Positions 9,692 to 17,445 of a stretch of 28,173 nt of DNA are shown here, one piece after another (the stretch's first letter is position 1; every line of letters starts with the position of its first letter). The stretch covers positions 1 through 28,173 of the IMG/VR virus record IMGVR_UViG_3300012953_000162. The stretch is one strand, 5' to 3'. Made by a program: the position numbers and the translations under genes. The notes below the pieces were generated by a model. It saw only the letters and a program-made list of their open reading frames with translations. It was not told where the DNA came from and did no database searches. This DNA is from a virus (taxonomy: Duplodnaviria; Caudoviricetes).

Positions 9692-9912
9692 GCAAAGGCT
9701 GCAACTTTTCTGTAAAAAGAAATCCAAGATTAGCTAACAAGAAGTCTAACGAGGAACAGAATCTGATTTTAATTAAGAAGTTTATGAAAAAATGGAAATT
9801 ATCCGGCATTCAGAAAGAGCTTAAAGAGAAATCATTTCCACAAACTCGCGGGATGAAATCGAGAAAAAAGCGATACCTCGGAAAAAGAAGGAATAATCGC
9901 AAACAAAGCTGA
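9688..9912 (+). CDS. rpsU: Divergent ribosomal protein bS21-like protein (74 aa)
   Basis: LIKKFMKKWKLSGIQKELKEKSF aligns without gaps to E. coli bS21 [23 protein letters not shown], followed by a basic C-terminal helix. Size, charge and position near head genes fit. Start at ATG 9688 (GAGGGA SD, ATGA overlap). Confidence 0.62.
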   Translation: MSKGCNFSVKRNPRLANKKSNEEQNLILIKKFMKKWKLSGIQKELKEKSFPQTRGMKSRKKRYLGKRRNNRKQS

Positions 9913-9966
9913 TAATTAACAAGTGAAGTTTAAGTTTAATTATATTAACGACAGGGAGTACCATAG

Positions 9967-11688
9967 ATGAGTAGTTTATATAAAGACGCCATTGCCGATG
10001 CCCGTAAATTAAGAGAAACTGCGGAGCAGAGCGCTAAAAATCGTATTATTGAAGCGGTTACTCCAAAGCTAAGAAATTTAATTGAAAGGCAAATAGCAGA
10101 AGGAGGAGACGATTTACTAGACGATGCTCTAGAATCAAGTCTTCTTGATACACCCGATGCACTGGATCTACTAGATGATGAAGAGCCAATGCCGGAGCCG
10201 GAATTAGAACCAATGGAAACGATGGAAGAACCTATGAGTGTTGACTCGGATGGGCTTGCATCTATTGAAGTGATACCAGACGACGATGATGATGCTTCCA
10301 TCGAAGATGAGTCACAAAACAAATCAGTTCATGTGAATATAACCGTCGAAGCAAAAAATAAAAAGTTGCAGAGACGAGCTATTCGTTTAGTTAAAGCATT
10401 AAGTGAGGCAAAATCAAACCCTCAGCGTAAAAAAATACGCAAACAATTGAGGATTTTACGACGTGCCCTTATAATTACAGAAAACAGCCAGAACAAACGA
10501 CTGGCAAAAAACCTATCAGTTATCTTAAAGGAGAGTAATGATATGAGAAGACGTAGAAATAGCTGGTTGTTCGAAGGTGGAGAACCTGAGGGCGGCAGCG
10601 ACGTGGAATTCGATGATATGGATTTCGATGACAGTGATGATGGCGACGCCGATGCCGGAGAAGAAAGCGGTGGAAAAATTGAAGTAGATGCTTCTGCTCT
10701 CGAAGATGCACTAGGATTAGATCCGGGTACACTTTCAGATGCTGGTTCAGACGACGATGACGATGATGATGACCTCGACTTGGATATGGATGACGATGAT
10801 GCCGATGACGGAGACGACGACGTAGACTTAGGTGAGTCTGACGAAATGGGTGATGAAACTTATGAGTCAATGGGCGACGAATCTGATGAGCTCGATCAAT
10901 GCGAATCCGATGAAATGGGCGACGAAGTTGTCGAAGTTAATGAAGCAATGCTTCGAAGAGCTTTAAGGTCTACAAAGAGAAGACGACAAACAAATCGTTC
11001 TTCTAGACGAGTTAATGAAACTCGCAGACGAAGAATTGCAAGAGCACGCAGACGCAGACAATTACGTGAAGGCGAAGCAAAAGCAATGGCTTCTTCTTTC
11101 GGTGGCGGAAAAGCTGGAAAGGATATGTTCGTTGAAGTTGATGAGAATACACTCCTTAATGCGCTTGCAGAAGAATTAGGTCAATCACCTGCTCCTTCTA
11201 AGAAAATGGGATCTGCTAAAGCTAAAGCTTCTGCTTTTGGCGGTGGATCAATCAAGAGCGGTGCAGTTATGGAAGCTCGTAAGCATCGTCGAACAAAAAG
11301 AGTCCTTGCAGAAACAAAGCGTAAAGCTAATGTAATTGCTCGCAAGGCTCATGCTGCAAAAGCAGAACTTAAAGAATCTAATTTATTCAATGCAAAATTG
11401 TTGTATGTAACCAAATTGATGCAACAGCATGATCTAAACAACAAGCAGCAGCGTGCTATTATCGAGGCGATGGACAATGCCAAGACTCAACGCGAAGCCA
11501 AGTTGCTTTTCACCTCATTGAACGAGTCTTTGAATAAGCGTAAGCTTAATGAAAGCAAGAAAGCGAAAGCTACAATCAATGAATCAAGAACTTCTTATTC
11601 TAACAGATCACTTCAGTCGGGCCAGGCAGCTCGCGGAAATGGAGTTGAGTTGGATCGTTGGGCTGTTCTTGCTGGTATCAAAAAATAA
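9967..11688 (+). CDS. Prohead scaffold/core protein (positional equivalent of T4 gp22)
   Basis: Immediately upstream of the MCP; helical termini (AIADARKLRETAEQ; LKESNLFNAKLLY...RWAVLAGIKK), disordered charged middle, many L/I-x-E sites. Confidence 0.75.
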   Translation: MSSLYKDAIADARKLRETAEQSAKNRIIEAVTPKLRNLIERQIAEGGDDLLDDALESSLLDTPDALDLLDDEEPMPEPELEPMETMEEPMSVDSDGLASIEVIPDDDDDASIEDESQNKSVHVNITVEAKNKKLQRRAIRLVKALSEAKSNPQRKKIRKQLRILRRALIITENSQNKRLAKNLSVILKESNDMRRRRNSWLFEGGEPEGGSDVEFDDMDFDDSDDGDADAGEESGGKIEVDASALEDALGLDPGTLSDAGSDDDDDDDDLDLDMDDDDADDGDDDVDLGESDEMGDETYESMGDESDELDQCESDEMGDEVVEVNEAMLRRALRSTKRRRQTNRSSRRVNETRRRRIARARRRRQLREGEAKAMASSFGGGKAGKDMFVEVDENTLLNALAEELGQSPAPSKKMGSAKAKASAFGGGSIKSGAVMEARKHRRTKRVLAETKRKANVIARKAHAAKAELKESNLFNAKLLYVTKLMQQHDLNNKQQRAIIEAMDNAKTQREAKLLFTSLNESLNKRKLNESKKAKATINESRTSYSNRSLQSGQAARGNGVELDRWAVLAGIKK

Positions 11689-11720
11689 ACCTTAATTTCA
11701 AAATTTAAAAGGAGAGACAA

Positions 11721-12347
11721 ATGTCTTTTACAATGAAAACTTTGACCGAAGGAATCCGCCAGCGTCACATGGGTGCTCAGCATCAACGATTGACTGAAAA
11801 GTGGAACCGAACCGGTCTTCTTCGTGGCCTTAATGGTTATAGTCGCGAAAACATGGCAGTTATGCTTGAAAACCAAGCTGCTCAATTACTTAGAGAAACT
11901 AACTCACTTGGAACATCTTCCGGTGGAGCTGGTGACATTCGAGGATTCTCCAATGTTGCATTCCCAATCGTTCGTCGTGTATTCGGTGGATTGGTTGCTA
12001 ACGAACTTGTTTCTATCCAACCAATGAGCCTTCCTTCTGGACTTCTATTCTACCTCGATTACACTTACGGTAACGATGTTGGCGGTCTTGACGGTGATGG
12101 AGCATCTTCTTCTGATGGTTCTGTATCTTCTACATACGAAGCTGGCGATTCTATCTATAACAACCCTAGCGGTAAAGGTATCCAATCTGGATCTCTTGGA
12201 AAAGGCGGTCAATACGATCTTCTTGGCTCTGGTTACTCTAGACGACACGATTACGCAGTTGTAATTCAACAATTAAGCACTGCTCCTGAGAGTATGACAG
12301 GTCTGGTGTTGTTTCAATCACTACTGCTGGTATTGCTGACGAACTAA
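11721..12347 (+). CDS. Major capsid protein (T4 gp23-like), N-terminal part; real coding in this frame probably ends near 12300
   Basis: AGGAGA SD; MAVMLENQA, AFPIVRRVFGGLVANELVSIQPMSLPSGLLFYLDYTY are gp23-family motifs; strong codon bias up to about 12300. Confidence 0.93.
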   Translation: MSFTMKTLTEGIRQRHMGAQHQRLTEKWNRTGLLRGLNGYSRENMAVMLENQAAQLLRETNSLGTSSGGAGDIRGFSNVAFPIVRRVFGGLVANELVSIQPMSLPSGLLFYLDYTYGNDVGGLDGDGASSSDGSVSSTYEAGDSIYNNPSGKGIQSGSLGKGGQYDLLGSGYSRRHDYAVVIQQLSTAPESMTGLVLFQSLLLVLLTN

Positions 12348-13744
12348 GTGGACACCCAACTCTTTCTTCAACTGAAGGTCACACATCTTTGACAGGTGCT
12401 GTTGGTCGTCTTGTTGACTTTGATGCGGAAATTGCTTCGTATCTTTCAGACAACAGTGGTTCTACCCTTCAGTTCGCTATCTGTGCTGTGAGTGCACTTC
12501 AATCAAGTGTCTCAGCTGTCAGTACTCTTTCACCAAACTCTGGTTTAGCACCTGATTTTACAATGATCAACGATTTCGTAGTTGTTGCTCCTGACACAAC
12601 AGCCATCACTGGTGGAAGTAATGCAGTTGCATCAACCGGTTCTGCTGCACTTGATACTATTCCTGCTTCTTTACAGTCAGGAACAAATCTTAAGTCGCTT
12701 CGTAGACATACTAAGCGAGTTGACATTGCTTCTGGTGGTAAGGTAACTGTTAATCCATTGGGTGGAGCTTTCATCTTGTTCCCATTCATCGCAGGGTCTG
12801 GTACTGCAGACTTAGATGCTGATGGTTCAACTGTTGCTTGGGCTATTTCTTACCCAGTTGCTTCTAAATTGGATACATCTGATTCTAACGGTGCAACTCT
12901 TACAATTCCTTCTTTCGAAGCTACAGGAAAAGATGGATCTGATCCAGATGCTTCTCCTGTTATTCCAGAAATCGACATCAAAATCGAATCTCTTGCTGTA
13001 ACAGCTGTTTCTCGTAAGTTGAAAGCTAAGTGGTCTCCAGAGCTTGCTCAAGATCTTAACGCTTACCACTCGCTTGATGCTGAAGTTGAATTGACTCAAA
13101 TCCTTTCTGAGCAAATTGCTCTTGAATTGGATCGTGAAGTTCTTAATGACCTTCTTACTCAAGCTAACGGCGCTAACCTTTACTGGTCACGTGCTCCTGG
13201 AAAGTTTGTCAACAAGCTTACCGGTGTTGAAGTTGCTCGCAACTCTTCATTGCGCCCAGGACCTCAGTTCACTGGTACAGTTCGTGATTGGTACGAAACT
13301 CTTGTTGAAACCATCATCGATGCTGCTAACATCATTCACAGAAAAACCCTTCGTGGTTCTGCGAACTTTATCGTTATCGGCCCAGATGTTGCTACAATCT
13401 TTGAGTCAAGCGTTATGTACAAGCCTTCTTACTCTATCGATGGTGAAGGACAAGCTTCTGCACTTTCAATCGGTGCTGAGAAGATTGGAAATCTTTCTAA
13501 CAGATTCACTGTTTACAAAGATCCTTACTTCCCACGTAACAAAGTACTTGTCGGATACAAAGGTGGTTCATACCTCGAGACTGGATACGTCTATGCTCCA
13601 TATGTTCCATTGATTGTTACTCCTACAATCTTCGCTCCAGAGGACTTCACCCCAAGAAAAGGTGTTATGACTCGTTACGGAAAGAAGATGGTTCGATCTG
13701 ACTTCTACGGTACAGTAACTTGTATGGATATGAACATCATCTAA
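12290..13744 (+). CDS. Major capsid protein (T4 gp23-like), C-terminal part, in the -1 frame
   Basis: Frame open from 12290 (after TGA 12287-12289). IPEIDIKIE, SRKLKAKWSPELAQDLNAYHSLDAEVELT, VYKDPY, VGYKG, GYVYAPYVPL, FTPRKGVMTRYG. Confidence 0.95.
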   Translation, partial: EYDRSGVVSITTAGIADELSGHPTLSSTEGHTSLTGAVGRLVDFDAEIASYLSDNSGSTLQFAICAVSALQSSVSAVSTLSPNSGLAPDFTMINDFVVVAPDTTAITGGSNAVASTGSAALDTIPASLQSGTNLKSLRRHTKRVDIASGGKVTVNPLGGAFILFPFIAGSGTADLDADGSTVAWAISYPVASKLDTSDSNGATLTIPSFEATGKDGSDPDASPVIPEIDIKIESLAVTAVSRKLKAKWSPELAQDLNAYHSLDAEVELTQILSEQIALELDREVLNDLLTQANGANLYWSRAPGKFVNKLTGVEVARNSSLRPGPQFTGTVRDWYETLVETIIDAANIIHRKTLRGSANFIVIGPDVATIFESSVMYKPSYSIDGEGQASALSIGAEKIGNLSNRFTVYKDPYFPRNKVLVGYKGGSYLETGYVYAPYVPLIVTPTIFAPEDFTPRKGVMTRYGKKMVRSDFYGTVTCMDMNII

Positions 13745-13768
13745 TCTTCGGATAGAATGATAATTCGA

Positions 13769-13799
13769 GGGGTCGCACTTTGTGCGACCCTTTTTCTTT
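13769..13799 (+). terminator. Intrinsic terminator after the major capsid gene
   Basis: GGGTCGCAC-TTT-GTGCGACCC perfect 9-bp stem followed by TTTTTCTTT. Confidence 0.9.
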
Positions 13800-13873
13800 G
13801 TGAGATTTCGAGAAACTTATCGTGAGCCGTAGGTATACACGAAAAAGTCGATATAATTCGAGCAATATTTTTA

Positions 13874-13901
13874 TGAACAAATCGATTTCTCTTAATATAA
13901 T
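13874..13901 (+). promoter_or_regulatory. Sigma70-like promoter candidate
   Basis: TGAACA-N16-TATAAT, downstream of a terminator; implies a transcription start near 13908. Confidence 0.45.
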
Positions 13902-13908
13902 ACCAAAG

Positions 13909-13984
13909 TATCCAACATATGTATGGATAAGCCCCTAGCATGGACATAAGGCGGACCCCACACGCTAGCTAGGGAATCATGTGG
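13909..13984 (+). promoter_or_regulatory. Candidate structured 5' leader RNA (hairpin plus possible pseudoknot)
   Basis: TATCCA/TGGATA hairpin (13909-13929); CCCTAGC (13933-13939)/GCTAGGG (13968-13974) stem; loop CCACA (13958-13962) complementary to TGTGG (13980-13984). Confidence 0.45.
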
Positions 13985-14019
13985 ACAAGTAATCTCAAAC
14001 ATTAAATAGGAGAAAAATT

Positions 14020-14901
14020 ATGCCAAAAGTAGTATATACAGCCACAAAAGGTTTGTATCAAGAGTCCGGAAGTGGATTCGAAGTAGGGGGTACATCTATT
14101 ATTCCCACCCAAACAAGTATGGCCACATATTGTATCGATTTTGATGGGTTCAATCAAGGTGGTACAGGTTCTGGTACTGCAGCAGGAAACAACACAGATG
14201 GAGCTTTCTTTGTCCTGAGTGACAGACTTCAAACCAAAGTGTTCTGGTTCACAGATTCTGCAGAGTCAACTCCGGCTACACAGCCAACTGCAGCTGCAGT
14301 GGCAGCTGCTGGTTTTACTGGACAAATTGACGCGTATGTTACAATCGAAACTAATTCAGTCACGTCTGCAAATGATGTTGTCGATCTTATCAAAACTGCA
14401 GTAAATGCTGCTCTTGGTGGGACTATGACTGACAACAGTGATGGAACTGCTTCTTATGATGCTGAGGCTCCTTATGTTCCAAAAGCAGCTGCTCACGTGG
14501 GGAATATGGAGACTTCTGCAATAACTGTCAACAACGCAGGGCTTGGTTCTCATAACAGTTACACTTTAAATGCTTATGGCGTGAATTACATCGATATGGA
14601 TGGACTAGATCAAATGACTGGAGAAGATGCTTACATACTTCCTGATGGTTCTGATCGAGGTCAAGAAGTTACGATTATCATGTCTTTGGACAACAGTGAA
14701 ACTCACACAATGACTGGGAAAATCCAAAAAACTGCAGTCTCTGGTGATGTAGGCGCTGCAGCTGTCGTTGGTGGTTTAACTGGCCAAGGTGGTACAACAG
14801 CAACATTTACAGGGGTAACTTCTAATGTTGCTTCTCTTGTTTGTATGTGGGATGGTATTCAGTGGATTATCAAAGGTGGTTATAGCGTAGCTGTTGCATA
14901 A
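14020..14901 (+). CDS. Putative virion decoration/fibre-like protein
   Basis: AGGAGA SD; Ala/Gly/Thr-rich with highly expressed-type codon bias; C-terminal LPDG...GQEVTII...LVCMWDGIQWII beta domain; flanked by terminators. Function inferred from position and composition. Confidence 0.65.
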   Translation: MPKVVYTATKGLYQESGSGFEVGGTSIIPTQTSMATYCIDFDGFNQGGTGSGTAAGNNTDGAFFVLSDRLQTKVFWFTDSAESTPATQPTAAAVAAAGFTGQIDAYVTIETNSVTSANDVVDLIKTAVNAALGGTMTDNSDGTASYDAEAPYVPKAAAHVGNMETSAITVNNAGLGSHNSYTLNAYGVNYIDMDGLDQMTGEDAYILPDGSDRGQEVTIIMSLDNSETHTMTGKIQKTAVSGDVGAAAVVGGLTGQGGTTATFTGVTSNVASLVCMWDGIQWIIKGGYSVAVA

Positions 14902-14931
14902 TAGCTAACATAAGCACACTATATCAAACAC

Positions 14932-14970
14932 AAGCCGCCTTCCTCTTGATTGAGGTCGGCGGTTTTCTTT
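14932..14970 (+). terminator. Intrinsic terminator
   Basis: GCCGCC-TT-CCTC...GAGG-TC-GGCGGT stem followed by TTTCTTT. Confidence 0.8.
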
Positions 14971-14997
14971 ACAAAAACTCGTGGAAGACTATAATTA
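14968..14997 (+). promoter_or_regulatory. Promoter candidate (sigma70-like, overlapping the ATAATTA motif)
   Basis: TTTACA (14968-14973)-N16-TATAAT (14990-14995). Confidence 0.55.
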
Positions 14998-15034
14998 GAT
15001 ACGATGAAACAATTCTTATCAAAGGAGAACTATT

Positions 15035-15379
15035 ATGGCAGTTTCAAAAAAGGCAGCATCTTCTAAAGCTGCACCCAAAGCAAGTTCGGATGATTGCGCT
15101 AAGTGCGATGCCAAAATCGAAGCTTTGGAAAAGAAAGTAGCAGACTTAGAAAGCAAGCTCAGCGGAGTCTTAGCCTCAGTTAGTGCACTCGCTCAAGTAA
15201 AAAGTGACTTAGATGATGCAAAGTCTAAGATTGGTGCAGAAATGCAAGAGCTTAAAGAAAAAGCAAAGTCTTGGAAAGAAAAAGCAGACACAAATAGCGA
15301 TGGTAAATTAGATTTTGAAGAGATTTATTCTTATGTATTTCGAAGAATGAAAAGCAGAAATGCAAAGCCTAGACAGTAA
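15035..15379 (+). CDS. Coiled-coil protein with a C-terminal EF-hand motif
   Basis: AGGAGA SD; heptads IEALEKKVADLESKL; loop DTNSDGKLDFEE between predicted helices. Confidence 0.8.
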   Translation: MAVSKKAASSKAAPKASSDDCAKCDAKIEALEKKVADLESKLSGVLASVSALAQVKSDLDDAKSKIGAEMQELKEKAKSWKEKADTNSDGKLDFEEIYSYVFRRMKSRNAKPRQ

Positions 15380-15468
15380 ACCTCTAGGAACAATGGTTCG
15401 TAAGTTTTAGCGTATACTTCGTAATTTCTAGGTACAAAAAAAATCGAAAATATATTTTTTCGCACAAT

Positions 15469-15520
15469 TGCGGGAGTGGCGCTGCTTATAGCGGCCCATC
15501 TCCCGCATCACATTTTGTGA
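15469..15520. other. GC-rich intergenic stem-loop pair of unknown role
   Basis: TGCGGGAG/CTCCCGCA outer stem, CGCTG/TAGCG inner stem, adjacent TCACA-TTT-TGTGA hairpin; no U-tract on either strand. Confidence 0.55.
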
Positions 15521-15547
15521 CCGAAGGAATGAGGAGAGTTTTACATC

Positions 15548-15554
15548 ATACTTA
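15548..15554 (+). promoter_or_regulatory. Candidate late promoter ATACTTA before the neck genes
   Basis: Same motif, 37 nt before the ATG. Confidence 0.5.
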
Positions 15555-15584
15555 TAGAGTGAACCCATAATAGGAGAACAGGCG

Positions 15585-16793
15585 ATGGCTTCGTTTCAAA
15601 GCACAACCAATCCGACTCCTTTTGCTGTCTTTGACGAAGAGAAAGATTTTGTCATCGATGCAAATGCGATGGTCACGTTTGTTAAGAGAAAGTTAGGTGA
15701 TGATATATTAAGTGTCGAACTTACAAGCAAACAAGTTTGGATGTCTTTCGAAGAAGCGACATTGGAATATGGCAGAATTATCAATGAGTATCAGACCAAG
15801 TCACAGTTGGGGAACTTATTAGGAAATAGCCTTAATATACCCACTAATGAAGAGGGCGTTGTCAATGGCGGCCCGAGCGGAGCTGAAGGTAAGTTTCCTA
15901 GAGAGACTTTAGAATACTTGATAAGGAAAGCAGAGCCTTATGCATCTCACGCGGCTTTGGGTGGCTCTTACAATATTTATTCTGGGTCAATATCATTAGA
16001 AGATGGAGTGCAAGATTACGACATCTACACAGATCTCAAGTATACGAAGGCAGATGGATCAGAAGGAACAGCTGGTACAGATTTTGCCAATCAAAAACTT
16101 CGTATCTTCGAAGTATGCCACTACTCCCCTCAAGCAGCGTATCGTTTCTTTGATACGACGTCAGCGATTAACTACTTGAATAACGAGTTTGCCTTCGAAT
16201 CATTCACTCCGGAAACCGTATTTTACGTTTTGCCCGTGTTTGAAGATCTACTTCGTGCGCAACAGATGGATATATCGAATCGTGTAAGAAGATCTAATTA
16301 TTCGTATGAATTGATTGGGAAAAATCTTCGTATATTCCCTCGTCCATCAGTTACCAACGATGGGAAAAAATTATTTGTCAGGTTTGGTCCAGCAACAGAC
16401 GGTTTGGTGCCAGACATATCAGATAGTTCCATTGATGGCGTATCTGGAATGCACAATGTGCCTTTCAATAACATCACGTATGCCAATATTAATTCGATGG
16501 GTCGACAATGGATCAGGCAGTATACTTTCGCATTAAGCAAGGAAGTGCTCGGCCTAGTGCGATCAAAATTTGGGTCGATTCCTATACCGAATGGTGATTT
16601 GCAACTGAATGGGGGCGATCTCCTGTCGCAGGCACAAGGAGAAAAAGAGAAACTAATAACTAGTTTAAGAGAAATGCTAGATTCATTAACTTACGACAAG
16701 TTATTAGAAGGCCAAGCAGCCGAAGTTAGTAATATGCAGACAATATTAAAGGCAGTTCCTATTCCGTTAGGCAGAGTCATCACTATAGGATAG
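15585..16793 (+). CDS. Neck/head-tail adaptor protein (T4 gp13-like)
   Basis: FVKRKLGDDILSVELT at the N-terminus and WIRQYTFALSKEVLGLVRSKFGSIPIPNGDLQLNG near the C-terminus match the gp13 pattern; synteny. Confidence 0.82.
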   Translation: MASFQSTTNPTPFAVFDEEKDFVIDANAMVTFVKRKLGDDILSVELTSKQVWMSFEEATLEYGRIINEYQTKSQLGNLLGNSLNIPTNEEGVVNGGPSGAEGKFPRETLEYLIRKAEPYASHAALGGSYNIYSGSISLEDGVQDYDIYTDLKYTKADGSEGTAGTDFANQKLRIFEVCHYSPQAAYRFFDTTSAINYLNNEFAFESFTPETVFYVLPVFEDLLRAQQMDISNRVRRSNYSYELIGKNLRIFPRPSVTNDGKKLFVRFGPATDGLVPDISDSSIDGVSGMHNVPFNNITYANINSMGRQWIRQYTFALSKEVLGLVRSKFGSIPIPNGDLQLNGGDLLSQAQGEKEKLITSLREMLDSLTYDKLLEGQAAEVSNMQTILKAVPIPLGRVITIG

Positions 16794-16803
16794 GAGACTA
16801 ACA

Positions 16804-17445
16804 ATGGCGAGATTATTCATAACACCCAGAGAAATTGATTTCATAGCCGACATCAATAAAGAGATTGTAAAAGACATCATTGGTGACGTCATTTACTATT
16901 ACAAAGTTAGAGAAGATGTTTCAGAAGTACACGACATTTATTTAGAGGCGCCAGAAAAAGTGTTCAACCCTCCAGTTGAAATTGATGCTAGAGTTCAGTG
17001 GAACCCAAAGGAAGTTAGAACTGACCGATTTGGTGTAGAAGGCATTTACACAACAGAAGTCTATATACACTATCGAGACATGCTAGATCGAGGTATTAAA
17101 CTGGGCACAGGAGATTACTTCTCTCACGGCGACAACTTCTTTGAGATAACTTCTATTACTTACGATAAGGTTATCTACGGGCAAGTTGAACATATCTCTG
17201 GGTTCGTCATCAAAGCGAAACAAGCAAGAAAAGGTCAAATCGATGTCAAGCCTCACGGCCCAACAGAAGAAATATACACAGACCCAGATGCTATTAGAGA
17301 AAACTTTGTGCAACAACGAGGCGATGCATCTTCAGGTGACAGTCGTGCACTTGTCCAACAAGGCAAAGTCGATAGTACCACACATGTGCAACAACAGGTG
17401 AAAAAAGATAGTGTATCTTCATCTTTCTACGGAGATGATACATGA
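16804..17445 (+). CDS. Neck/head-closure protein (T4 gp14-like)
   Basis: IIGDVIYYY, DIYLEA, RFGVE, GDYF...FFEITS pattern; synteny after the gp13-like gene; AGGAGA SD. Confidence 0.7.
   Translation: MARLFITPREIDFIADINKEIVKDIIGDVIYYYKVREDVSEVHDIYLEAPEKVFNPPVEIDARVQWNPKEVRTDRFGVEGIYTTEVYIHYRDMLDRGIKLGTGDYFSHGDNFFEITSITYDKVIYGQVEHISGFVIKAKQARKGQIDVKPHGPTEEIYTDPDAIRENFVQQRGDASSGDSRALVQQGKVDSTTHVQQQVKKDSVSSSFYGDDT

Noticed and set aside
12287-12289. Stop-codon reassignment or readthrough as the cause of the split capsid gene
   Set aside because: The two halves are in different frames, and TAA, TAG and TGA all terminate well-defined genes in this window.
12243-12389. Intron, intein or translational bypass at the capsid break
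   Set aside because: There is no non-coding gap, since the frames overlap. No group I/II core, homing endonuclease or intein motifs are visible here or in terL.
12389-12391. TTG 12389 as a true start for a separate capsid subunit
   Set aside because: Coding-type codon bias in this frame extends about 90 nt upstream, and only a weak GAAGGT precedes it.
13745-15584. tRNA, CRISPR array or known ribozyme in the larger intergenic gaps
   Set aside because: No cloverleaf, repeat-spacer periodicity or hammerhead core could be identified by eye.
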